Shown here piece after piece: positions 27,598 to 39,419 of a DNA stretch of 64,000 bases. Position 1 is the first letter of the stretch; every line of letters starts with the position of its first letter. The DNA is from Paraspadella gotoi (taxonomy: Eukaryota; Animalia; Chaetognatha). Below the pieces are notes generated by a model. The model was not told where the DNA came from, did not search any database, and was given only the letters and a program-made list of their open reading frames with translations. The translations under genes and the position numbers were made by a program. Where the stretch lies: positions 6,143,525-6,207,524 of the forward strand of contig CM119268.1 of the NCBI GenBank assembly GCA_051294375.1, given 5' to 3'.

Positions 27598-28427
27598 AAA
27601 TCTAGAGACGAAGGTTGAAATGGACGAAAGAGTCGGCGAGGAGGAGGAAGACTCAACGTTAAAAGAAGCGGAGAAGGAAGGGGAAGACAGAGAAGAGGAA
27701 TCTGGAAGACGATGCCACGAAGGCATTGCGGAGGGCATGGCGGATGGCATGGCCGAGGAGCATGGAGCCGACATGGCCGAGGAGCATGGAGCCGACATGG
27801 CTGAAGATTCTCTCGAAAAGCAACTTGGGTCGTAGCAACCTTCGCCGCAGACCGAGTATGCCTGACAGGGCTGAGATCGGCAAGCTCGAGAATGGGACGG
27901 AGAAAACTGGCATGGTTCGCCGGAGCATGGTTGGACGGAGCATGGTTGGACGGAGCAAGGGTCGGAAAAACATGGTTGGGAGGAAAACGAGGAATTTTCG
28001 GGAAAAGAAACGAAAGGATTGATGACTCGGTGGGCGAGCGTGTCTGTGGAAATTATTTACATTATAAGATTAAATTTTGTATATATATGTATCATTAATT
28101 AAATAATTAATTGATTGAATTATTAATCGATTGACTTATTGATCGATTACTTGCCCTATTATCCCAAAACGCCTCATTTTATATTAAAATTCGGAATTAA
28201 TTTTGTTTTAGGTTTAAAGATTACGTAGGATAGAGTTAAGAGGATTTGGTTAGGGAATAAGGTTAGAGATTAGGGTTAGAAATTAGGGTTAGAGACTGAG
28301 ACTTAAGGGTTAATGTTTGAAAGTAGGAATATGGGTTTAAAGTTTAAGTTAAGGATAAGCTGAGGGTTAGTAATTAAGAGTTTAATTTAAAGGTTAAGCT
28401 TTGGGATTAGATTTACGAATAATAATA

Positions 28428-28505
<78 letters not shown>

Positions 28506-28811
28506 TTTTAGTAAATAATATTAAAAATTATATGATAAATTTAATATTGAAATAAGTTTAAATATTAAAATTAAAGTTACATTCAGAAATAGAAATGAGT
28601 CGGTTCCGGAAAAAAGAGCCGATTCTCTTACCTCCCGAATCAAAGTACTGAGGGTCCGACGATTGATGTTGAAAAGATGGTGATGTAGAGAGGTGAGGTT
28701 GATGGGAAGAGGAAGCGAAATGATGGAGACGAGGAGATGATGTAGAAAGGTGATGTGGAGGCGAAGAATGATGTTGTGAGGAATAACTCAACGGCGCCGA
28801 GGAAGAGAGAG
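27215..28811 (-). CDS. Last two visible exons of an unidentified Ser/His/Pro/Cys-rich low-complexity protein
   Basis: Exon 28811(gap)-28632 (..HHSSPPHHLSTSSPRLHH..QYFDSG) ends g|gtaaga in phase 1. The exon starting at 28043 after ttccacag| also starts in phase 1 and stays open ~680 nt to the gap at 27361: TLAHRVINPFVSF..QPCSVQPCSVQPCSGEPC..SAMSAPCSSAMSAPC..SQSDVIGSALNNVFNEGG..GGGG. The stop is probably near 27215. Confidence 0.6.
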
Positions 28812-28835
28812 NNNNNNNNNNNNNNNNNNNNNNNN

Positions 28836-29742
28836 NGAAACTCGAAACAAACAGAAAGCGAAACAGAGAGTGAAACAAAGCGCCAAAACATAGAGTGGTG
28901 AAAGCTGAGAGCCAAAGAGAGAGCAAAACATAGTGAAACAAAAGAGCCAAACAGAGAGTAAAACACGCAAGTTTACTTAGAGTTCATAGAGAGCGAAACC
29001 AGAGCAAAACGAAGAGAAAAACTGTAGATTGAAACAATCAAAATTATCAGAGCCGAATAGAAGAGCGAACAGAGGAAAACAAAGGTAAACAGATTGAGCG
29101 AAACAGAAAGCAGATATTAGAAAAGAAAAGCCAAAATAACCTTTGTTATATTTTTATGTGAAAAAAAAACAACAACAAACGACAACAACATTTTGGTTGG
29201 TCGTTGTCGTATCGGTCGTCGTTCCTTTTTCTCAATACTCAAACGTACGATAAGACTTTTTACCGATAACAGCGACGACGACAACGAAGACGACGGACGA
29301 AAAAGACGAAGACAACATGCACGACGACGACGACGACGACTGCGCGCGCCGAATCTAACTTCCGCCGATGGAGTTTTGCGAGACTCGAACGCACTTTGAC
29401 ACGCCGAGAGAGAGAGAGAGAGAAGAGACGAGAGACAGAAGAGAGAGAGAGAGTTAGAGGCAGAGAGAGAGAGTCATTCACGGCCGATTTCTTCACTTGC
29501 CGTACCACGATCATTTCAACGAGTCGCGTCGATTTCATTTTTGAATAAATAGATTTCGTCTCAACAACGTCAAGTTGGAAGCCTTTCTTTTTTTCAATTT
29601 TCTTATTTTTGGTATATAATTAAATTCTTTTTTTCAATTTTAATATTATTCGTTTTTTTCCCCAAGTGAACGTCTTGACTTTGACTTTCAACGCGGGAAA
29701 GAAATTCAAAAAACTGTTTATTTCTCGTCTCTCTCTCTCCTT

Positions 29743-29773
<31 letters not shown>

Positions 29774-29804
29774 CTCTCCTCTCTCTCTCTTCTCTCTCTC
29801 TTCT

Positions 29805-29842
<38 letters not shown>

Positions 29843-30013
29843 CCCTCGCCTCAAAAAATGTCTCATTTAATTATATAAACAAAATAAAACAAAATTTAAA
29901 AAAAGAAACTTCACTTGACGTTGGTTGACGAAATCTATTTTATTCAAAAATGAATCGACGGCGACTCGTTGAAAATGATCGTGGGTACGGCAAGTGAAAG
30001 AATCGGCCGTGAA

Positions 30014-30069
<56 letters not shown>

Positions 30070-30630
30070 CGTCACGCGTTCGAGTCTCGCAAAACTCCAT
30101 CGGCGGAAGTCGATTCGGCGCGCGCAGTCGTCGTCGTCGTCATCGTCGTTGTCTTCGTCTTTTTCGTCGTTGTCTTCGTTGTCGTCGTCGCTGTTATCGG
30201 TAAAAAGTCTTATCGTACGTTGAAGTTTGAGAAAAGGAAACGACGACGATGACGACAACGACAAACCCATAATTGTTGTTGTCGTTGTCGTTGTTGTTGT
30301 TTTCACCTAAAATATAACAAAGGTGAATTTTGCTTTTCTTTTTCTAATATCGCTTTCTGTTTCGCTCTCTGTTTACCTTTGTTTTTCTCTGTTTCGCTCT
30401 CTGTTTCGCTCTATATTTTGATCTGTTTCAATCTCAGTTTTTCTCTCGGTTTTGCTCTTGTTTTCGATCTCTATGAACTCTAAGTAAACTTTCTGTTTTG
30501 CTCTCTGTTTGGCTCTTTGTTTCACTATGTTTTGCTCTCTCTTTGGCTCTCAGCTTCACTCTATGTTTTGCGCTTTGTTTCACTCTCTGTTTCGCTCTCT
30601 GTTTCGCTTTCTGTTTCGTTTCGAGTTTCT
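28836..30630. repeat. Large inverted duplication (28836-29650 vs ~29870-30630) around (CT)n; one arm is noisy
   Basis: gaaactcgaaac...ataagactttttaccgataacagcgacg...tttgaataaaatagatttcgtc occurs on both strands. Confidence 0.85.
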
Positions 30631-32144
30631 CGAGCAAAAAGAAGAAAACAAAAGATTTCGACCTTGAGTAAAACAATTTTGGAAGAAAAAACTTCGTGTA
30701 TCTGACGGTTGTGGGGTATGCTTAAAATAATTTCTGGCGTTTGGGTTTAAGGTAAAGTAGCCTAAAAAAATAAATCATATAAATTTTTTAGTGAAGCGAT
30801 GTATTAATTCTCTCTCTCTCAATCCGTCTCTCTCTCTCTATCTCTCTCTCTCTCTCTCTGTCTCTCCTATCTCTTCTAATCTCTGATCTCTATTCTTTCT
30901 CTCTCTGCCCTCGTCTTCTCTATCTTTTTTTCAACATGCCAATGAAATTTTTTACTTATCAGTCGCGATTTTTCAATTCTTCAAACGGAGAAAAAAAAAT
31001 ATTTCAAAAAATCATTCGTTGTTCGTCTCAGATAAGAACAGAGAACTTGCGAAGGACGCGAAGACTTGGAGAGAGAAGAGAGAGAGAGCAGAGAGAGAGA
31101 GAGAGAGAGGAGAAGAGAGGAGAGAGCGATGAGAGAAGGGAGATGAGAGGAAGAGACGAGGAGAGAGGGGAAGGTGACATTAAAGAAGCCATAAAGTCAT
31201 CGAGCGTCTACCTAATGTCTTTCCAGTGAATTGCTTTTCTGGAGGACGAGAAAGAAGAGACGTAGAGAGATGGAGAGAGAGAGATTAGAGGAGATGAGAG
31301 AGATCGAGAGAGAAGGAGATGAGAGAGAATTGAAGAGATGAGAGAGAGAGATGACGAGATGAGAAGAATTGAGAGAAAGAGAGTTTATCTTCTTTCGTCA
31401 CTATCGACTAAGACGTCGCCATATCTCTGAGAATCAAAAGCGATAGAGAGAGGATAGGTAGAAGGACCGATCGAGAGAGAATGAAGGATGATCTGATTGA
31501 GAGAGAGAGATAAGAGGACTGACACTCATCGGTAGATCGATGGCGAGAGACCCGAGACGAGAGAGAGAGAGAGAGAGACTAAAATATGTATATTACTCTC
31601 GAATTGTGTTATTATTTTACGACTAATTTCGGATGTGGGGTGTGAAAGGAGTTCGACGGGAAATAGAAGGGTCGGTTCACATCTCACGTGAATTCGAAGG
31701 GAAAAATGAAACATGAAAATTGAAGAAAGAGAACGTTAATTCATTAGTTTTATAGAATTTTATATTATACTATACTTATAGTACTTACAGTACTTATGAT
31801 ATGGTATAGTATAGTCTAGTATAGTAGTATACTTATAGTACTTATAGTATCATTTTATTTTATCTCAATTTGTTATTTTTGTTTTATTTTTTTGTTTCCA
31901 TTTGTTATACTCAAAAAAATAATTCGTTCAATTCTTAAGAATTGCATAAATTTCTTTCACACTTTCATAAATATTTCTTTCATGTCAACCGGAGCGTTAA
32001 GTCTTATAAATTTTCTCAAATTATTATAAATATTTTATAAATAGCTCAAGTGAATTTCACTTCTCAGGGATTTTCAGTTTTCTTTACCTCAAATTAGGTT
32101 TTCGTTTCCAAAGGAAAATTTTCTACGCATTATTCTCAAACGCG

Positions 32145-32925
32145 GCGGTCGTCGTCGTCGTCGTCGTCGTCGTCCTCGGCATCGTTATAGTCACGTCATA
32201 GTAGTCTTCATCGTCGTCAACATAGTGGTCATTATTGTTGCCATCGTCGTCGTCATACTAATCGTCGTCATCATTATAGTCGTCGTCGTCGTCGCCATTA
32301 TCGTTTTCCTCACTTCATTGTTTTCTTGACTTTCCGACCTTTTAGCATATGATAATCTAAATAATGAATTAATAACGTCAAATTTGTTTTATTAAAACTA
32401 ATGATAAGGCCTTTGGAATCAATGAGGTCATTCATTTCTTGACTTGCTTTCCCGTTTTCATCTCCATCAGTGATGGAGACTTTCACTTCATAGTCATGGT
32501 CATTATTTTGTTGTTGTCACTGACATTATCATTATTGTAGTTGTCAGTGTCATTGTCGTTATTGTAGTTATCATTGTCATTATTGTGTTGTTGTCACTGA
32601 TATTGTCATTATTGTGTTGTTGTCACTAACATTGTCATTATTGTAGTTGTCATTGTCATTTTTGTACTTGTTGTTGTTAATGCTCTTTCATTGTTGTCGA
32701 TGTCATCATCAGTCACATCATCACTTCACTGTTGCTATTGCAACTTTGACTTTGTCACTATTATCACTATTTGTCACGGTGATCATTGTCACCACTGTTA
32801 CGCAATTGTCATCATTATCATGGTATTCATTATTATTATCAGTGCCATCATTATCATCATCAAAATCGTCACTGTCATTATCTAGATGATCATCAGTGTC
32901 ATCGTTATCATCACTGTCATCGTTA
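32145..32925. repeat. Compound (GTC)/(TCA)/(TTG) trinucleotide low-complexity tract
   Basis: Degenerate gtc/att/tca triplets running into an N gap. Confidence 0.75.
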
Positions 32926-33898
32926 NNNNNNNNNNNNNNNNNNNNNNNNNNNNNNNNNNNNNNNNNNNNNNNNNNNNNNNNNNNNNNNNNNNNNNNNNNN
33001 NNNNNNNNNNNNNNNNNNNNNNNNNNNNNNNNNNNNNNNNNNNNNNNNNNNNNNNNNNNNNNNNNNNNNNNNNNNNNNNNNNNNNNNNNNNNNNNNNNNN
33101 NNNNNNNNNNNNNNNNNNNNNNNNNNNNNNNNNNNNNNNNNNNNNNNNNNNNNNNNNNNNNNNNNNNNNNNNNNNNNNNNNNNNNNNNNNNNNNNNNNNN
33201 NNNNAAACAGGAGAGAGATATGACAATGATGATGACAGACGATGACCGTCGATAATAAACGATGACTCCACATCATCGTTTTTTTTTCTTTTCTTTTTCC
33301 AAGTTTTCTTTTTTGTTTTTATTACTTAAACATTTGTTATCCGCTTTTGCAATGGCAATTCCCAGAAGGTCATCTTAGGCCCATTACCATCATTAGCTCC
33401 TCTATTATCAAAACTTTAAGATCGAGCAAATGCGTTCGAGATGGGGTCCTTTGAGAAAAGAGAGAGAGAGANNNNNNNNNNNNNNNNNNNNNNNNNNNNN
33501 NNNNNNNNNNNNNNNNNNNNNNNNNNNNNNNNNNNNNNNNNNNNNNNNNNNNNNNNNNNNNNNNNNNNNNNNNNNNNNNNNNNNNNNNNNNNNNNNNNNN
33601 NNNNNNNNNNNNNNNNNNNNNNNNNNNNNNNNNNNNNNNNNNNNNNNNNNNNNNNTTTTTTTTTAAATTCTTCCCTAAACTAAAGAGAAATAAAAATTTG
33701 TGGGAAATTAAAAGAGAATAACAAAGATTATTTTTTTTATTTTGAATTTTCTTTCTTTCTTTTTTTTTCCCAAACTTTCTTTTCCCTTTCTTCTCCTTAA
33801 CGATCCCTTATTTAAAGTGGGGAGAGAAAAGAAAGGCTCTTCAATGAATTGGAATCCTTCAATCATTAAGATCCTCTATTGTATCAAAAGAGTGATAA

Positions 33899-33932
<34 letters not shown>

Positions 33933-34754
33933 NNNNNNNNNNNNNNNNNNNNNNNNNNNNNNNNNNNNNNNNNNNNNNNNNNNNNNNNNNNNNNNNNNNN
34001 NNNNNNNNNNNNNNNNNNNNNNNNNNNNNNNNNNNNNNNNNNNNNNNNNNNNNNNNNNNNNNNNNNNNNNNNNNNNNNNNNNNNGAGAGAGAATGAGAGA
34101 GAGAGAGAAAGTTTTCCTTTCTTACTATTAGATTAAATTCCTGAAGGAGAAATAAGAAGAAGAAAAGAAAAGAAAATTTGCATCTCTATGAAAACGTGAG
34201 TTGAGGAGGTAAGAGAAGAAAAGAAAAACGTCGGAGAAAAGAGAAGAAAAGAGAGGAGAATAAAAGAAAAGAAAAGAGAGGAAAAGAGAAGAAGAGGGAA
34301 AGAAAAGAAAAGGGATGGAGAAAGGAAAGAAAGATGAGATCATAATTAAAGAGAAGAGTTTAAGGGAATTTGAGATATATGTATATAAAAGAAATGAACG
34401 AATAAGTCTCCCCTTAAATTAAGGATTCAAAACAGTGCAGGTTGACAGTTAAATTGACTCTAATCGATTCGACCCGCCAAATCAAGATTATTTAAGTCAC
34501 TAGTTGTATCGAGTCACTCTTTAGTTGAAATTAGTCAAAATTCGCTGGATGGACGCGAGACTAGTCGATTCGGTAAAGTAGAAACAGAGAAAATTAGGAA
34601 TGAAAAAAAAAATAGATAAAAAGTATTGGAGAAAAAAAATGTGGGGAGAAAAAAAGAGAAAAAAAGAAAAGAAGAAAAAAAAACGTTTGAATTTCTTTTT
34701 CATACTCAAACATCATTTTTGGATAAATAATTCATCATAGAATCTTCAACGACC

Positions 34755-35270
34755 CTTCTTCCTTTCCTCTTCCTCTCTTTCTCTCCTTTCTTTCCTCTTT
34801 CTATCTTTTTTATTCCTCTTTCTCTCCTTTCTTTCCTCTTCCTCTCTTTCTCTCCTTTCTTACCTCTTCCTATCTTTTTTATTCCTCTCCCTGTCTTTTC
34901 TCTTTTTTTTCCTCTTCTTATTTTTTTTATTCATCTTCCTCTCTTTTTCTCCTTTCTTTCTTCTTCCTATCTTTTTTATTCATCTTCCTCTCTTTTCTCT
35001 TTTTTTTCCTATTCTTATTTTTTTATTCATCTTCCTCTCTTTTTCTCCTTTCTTTCCTCTTCCTATCTTTTTTATTCATATTCCTCTCTTTTTCTCCTTT
35101 CTTTCCTCTTCCTATCTTTTTTATTCAGCTTCCTCTCTTTTTCTCCTTTCTTTCCTCTTCCTATCTTTTTTATTCATCTTCTTATCTTTTTCTCTTTTCT
35201 TTCCTCTTCCTATTTTTTTAAATTCATCTTCCTCTCTTTTTCTCCTTTCTTTCCTCTTCCTATCTTATTA
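34755..35270 (+). repeat. Polypyrimidine minisatellite, ~50-bp unit, ~10 copies
   Basis: Repeated ttcctctctttttctcctttctttcctcttcctatcttttttattcatc. Confidence 0.85.
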
Positions 35271-35429
35271 TAATGCTCCCTTTCCTTCTCCTTACTCCTT
35301 TACTAGACTTCTCTTTATCTCCTCCCTCCTTCTCTCTTTTTCTTCTCATCCTCTCTCTTCCATCTCCTTCCTCCTCCTCTCTTTACAAGCTCGTGACACC
35401 TCTATCTTTTCTTTCTTTTCTTTTTTTAA

Positions 35430-35995
35430 AATTTTTTTAGCCTCGATTTGAAAACCCATTCGAACTCAGCCTCGTTTTGGTGGTCAACGATGTCATTCGT
35501 AAAGTCGCATCTGTTATTGTCATCGTTGTCGTCTTCCTGCTCCCCCTCCTCCTCCTCCTCCTCCTCGGCCGATTCTCGTCCTCCCTCCACTCCACTCCAC
35601 TTTGTCGTCGTCGTCGTCGCCGTCGTCGCTTCATCGTAATGATTTCACGTGATTAGGCTCACAATGGAGAAACTTCGCTAATGATGGAAAACGAGAGAAA
35701 AACTCGTAAAAATGCTTCGTTCGTCTCTCTCTCTCTCTCTCTCTNNNNNNNNNNNNNNNNNNNNNNNNNTAGACGGTATCACCTTCGACTTACTTTATTC
35801 GCCCGAAAATATTATAAATGAATATATAAGGTATTCAAAGCATAAAATTGACTTTAAACTTTAAGAGAGATAACCGCCGGATTAAGTGGCATCATGGAAA
35901 TTAAAAAAACAAACAAAAGAACCTGATTGTTAGAAATGTCCTGATTGATTCCGCTAATTGCTTGACGACCGTCTCGTCTTCTCGCAAATCCATCT
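35430..35995 (-). CDS. Possible exons of an unidentified gene (acidic segment)
   Basis: The minus strand gives MDLREDETVVKQLAESIRTFLTI..ag|gttctt (~35923-35993) and an open acidic frame ..GGRESAEEEEEEGEQEDDNDDNNRCDFTNDIVDHQNEAEFEWVFKSR (~35430-35645). The splicing is not resolved. Confidence 0.3.
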
Positions 35996-37015
35996 TCAGT
36001 CCCCACGAGGATCATCGGTCCCTGAGGAAATAAAGTTTTCAGCGTTGAGTGATGAGGAGAGGCAAAGATGGATGAGAGGGGAAATTAAAGAATGAAACAA
36101 AAAGGAAAAGAAAGAAAGAAAAAAGAAAGAAAGAAGAAGAAAGAAAGAAGAAAGAAAGAAAGAAAGAAAGAAAGAGAAGAAGAAGAAAGAAACAAAAAGA
36201 AAGAAATAGAGAAATAGAGGAAAGAGAGAAAGAGAGAAAAAAGAAGAAAGAAAAGAAAGAAAGAAAGAAAGAAAGAAAGAAAAAAAAAATAAGAATAAAA
36301 AGAGAGAAAGAGAGAAAGTGAGAATTAAACAAACCCTGAAAAAAGAGAAGTTTGTCATCAGTAAAAAGATTGAAGAAACGGCAGACTTGACAAACTTGAA
36401 TACAAATAAACTTAAACGAACAAAGAACAAAAGAACCAATGTGAAAAACGTTTTGACTTGAAAACGACCATTTAAATCACTTCGCCATCTTGTCGGCGAA
36501 AGAGAAAAAAAATCCATGGTTTTATTGTTTCTTTCCTTTTTTTATTGACTCAAGTTGAAAGATTAAAACTTTCTGAGGAACCCAAATATTTCTTTTTTTT
36601 TTTCTTATCAAGTATCTTTTTTACTTTTCGCCAGACGCTAATCCCCTTTTCCTGACGGATTTTTTGTTACAGTTCTTATTTTTTGGTTAGACCTAAGATA
36701 CAAGAAAAAAAAACAACTGAGGTTCATTCAAATTCAAACGATTTAAAAAAAATTAAATACTTTTTTCAATTTCAATCAAAAACCATTATGAAAAAAATAT
36801 GGGTAAAAACACTCAAATAATAATATTCGTTTAATAAGCTAGTATCTTGTCGCTGACTTTGTCCACGACTTTTTGGGCCTTTATAATGTTACAAGGCAGG
36901 AACCGACAAGCCTTCAGTTTGAAGACTTTTTTTTACTTTTTATTTCTTTTTTTCTTTTTTCGTTCTTTATTTTTTATCACTTCACTCAATCTAATTGTAG
37001 TTCATCAGAATAGCA

Positions 37016-38195
37016 TGTCGCGGCGATTCACCCACGAGTTCAGTGTGGTTCTAGTTGGTTGGCGACTTTCGCCATGGCGATTATCTCCAGGGTTTTTGGC
37101 GATTGTCGCCCAGTCCCCCACTGGCGTCCTCGCCAGTGATTAAAGTAGGAATATATAAAGCGCAGCATAACAGGGGATGAGCATCACCTTCAGGGCTCCT
37201 TCCCAACCCTAACCCTAAACCAAACCTCCCGTTCAACTCTGATGCCTCTCCCCTAACCCCTAACCCGGGCCTGGGCCTCCCGTACATCTCCATGCCCTTC
37301 AACCTAACCCAACCGCCTTGATGCATCAACCCGGGCCCCTCCCCAACCCTAACCCTAAACCAAGCTTCCGTTCAACTCTGTGCCTCTCCCCTAACGCCTA
37401 ACCCAGGCTCCAGCCTCCCGGTACATCTCCGTGCCTCAACCCTAACCTCAAACCGCCTTCTATGCATCAACCACGGCCCTCCCCCAACCCTAACCCTAAA
37501 TAAGCCTCCCGCTTCAAACTCCATGCCTCTCCCCTACCCTAACCCAGCCAGGCCTCCCGTTACATCTCCGTGCCTCAAACCCAACCCTAACCGCCTTCGA
37601 TGAAATCAACCATGGGTCCTCCGCAACCCTAATCCCAAAACCAAGCCTCCCGTTCAACCTCCATGCCTCTCCCTAACCCTAAACCAGCCCGCCTCCCGTA
37701 ACATCTCCACCTCAACCCTAACCCTAATTGCCTTCGATATATAACCCACGGGCCTCCTCCCCAACCCTAACCCTAACCGGGCCCAGGCCTCCCGTACATT
37801 CTCCGTACCTCAAACCTAACGCCTTCTATATTAACCCACGGGCCTCTCTCCCAACCCTAACCCTAAACCGGCCCAGCCTCCCGACATCCCGTGCCTCAAC
37901 CCTAACCTAACGCGGGCCTCTTGGTCATACAAACAACCCCTCCCTACCCTATCCCTAAATGCATTAATAATAAGCCTAAAATAAACGTTAACTTAACTCA
38001 AACCCTAACCCTAACCCTAAACTACTAACCCTAACCCTAAACTACTCAACCTAACCCTTAACTACTTCCTACTTCAACCGCTAACCCTAACCATCAAACC
38101 CAACCCTAACCCTAATCTGAGTTTTTTAGCGAAATCGCCATAACTAGAACGCTAGATGTAGTTCAGTGCGAATCGCCAAATCGCGACTTACCGCA
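37016..38195 (+). mobile_element. Putative non-autonomous element with imperfect inverted ends and an internal ~140-bp telomere-like (CCCTAA) minisatellite
   Basis: Units start at ~37202, 37342, 37484 and 37624, plus truncated units. Each has three aaccctaaccct blocks separated by conserved spacers. The left end ggcgattc..gttctagttggttggcgactttcgc resembles the reverse complement of 38128-38180. Confidence 0.6.
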
Positions 38196-38221
38196 TGACG
38201 TCCCGCCATTTGCATTTAGCT

Positions 38222-39363
38222 GTGAACTACATCTAGCGTTTCTAGTGTATGGCCGCGATTTCGCTAAAAAGTAAACTCAGATAGTTAGGTTAGGGTTAGT
38301 TGTTTAGGGTTTTAGGGTTGAGTAGGTAGTAGTTAGGTTAGGTGAGTAGTTTGGGTTAGGGTTGAGTAGTTTAGGGTAGGGTTAGGTTGAGTTAAGTTAA
38401 TTTATTTAGCTTATATAATGTCAATTTAGGGATAGGGTAGGGAGGGTGTTGTTGATGACCAAGAGCCCGCATTAGGTTTAGGTGAGCACGGAGATTTACG
38501 GGAGCCGGCCCGGTTAGGTTAGGGTTGGAGAAGGCCCTGTATATCAAGGCGGTTAGGTTGAGGTACGAGATGTACGGAGGCCTGGGCCCGGTTTAATGGT
38601 TAGGGTTGGGAGAAGAGGCCCGGGTTAGTATATCGAAGCAATTAGGTTAGGGTTGAGGTACGGAGATGTACGGAGGCCGGGCCTGGTTTAGGTTAGGGAG
38701 AGGGCATGGAGATTGAACGGGAGGCTTGGGGTTTTTTAGGGTTAGGTTGCGGGAGGGACCCATGGTTGATCATCGAAGGCGGTTAGGGTTAGGTTTAGGA
38801 CGGAGATGTACCGGCGAGCTGGGCCTGGTTAGGGTTAGGGGAGAGCATGTGAACGGGAGTGCTCTAGTTAGGTTGGGGAGGCCCGTGGTTTGATGCATCG
38901 AAGGCGGTTAGGGTTAGGGTGAGGCACGGAATGTACGGAGCTTGAGCCTGGGTTAGGGTTAGGGAGAGCGCACAGAGTTGACGGAAGGCGTTGTTTTTAG
39001 GGTTAGGGTTGGGGGAAGGGGCCGGTGGTTATGACTAAAGGCGGTAGGGTTAGGTTGATGGCATGGAGATGTACGGAGCCCAGGGCCGGGTTAGGGTTAG
39101 GTGAGAGGCACAGAGTTGAACGGAGGTTTGGTTAGGTAGTTTGGAGAGGAGCCTGAAGTGATGCTCGATCCCCGTGTAGCTGCGCTTTTCAATTATATTC
39201 ACTACTTTTATCATGCGCGTCGCCAGTGGGGGGACGTGGCACATTTCGCCAAAACCCTGGCGATATCGCCATTAGGCGAAGTCGCCAACCAAACTAGAAA
39301 CCACACCGCAGATCAGTGCGTGAATCGCCGGCGACATCGCTATTTGAATGAACTACAAGCTTA
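38222..39363 (-). repeat. Inverted (fold-back) copy of 36991-38165, with (TTAGGG)-like repeats on the + strand
   Basis: tgaactacatctagcgtttctag mirrors ctagaacgctagatgtagttca. The mirror extends to gaactacaa at ~39355, matching ttgtagttc at ~36995. Confidence 0.88.
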
Positions 39364-39419
39364 GTTCTATTTGATTTCGTCAATGTCAAGCCTAACCTAG
39401 GCCTGTTCAACCTCGGGAG

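Noticed and set aside
27506-27835. Acidic + strand ORF (MEDDDD..AEEHGADM)
   Set aside because: It is probably the antisense shadow of the spliced minus-strand exon. There is an in-frame stop just upstream and no clear acceptor.
30640-31260. NYFKH / AIHWKD fragments suggesting an HSF, ETS or IRF DNA-binding domain
   Set aside because: The matches are only a few residues long and the flanking residues do not fit those families.
32786-34136. Long ORFs full of X, or ER/LS/F-rich ORFs here and elsewhere (e.g. 35996-36517, 50610-51479, 53077-53444)
   Set aside because: These are artefacts of N gaps and (AG)n or (AAAG)n microsatellites.
37150-39150. True telomere or end-to-end chromosome fusion site
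   Set aside because: The repeats are short, interrupted and internal, and their orientation is opposite to a head-to-head fusion.
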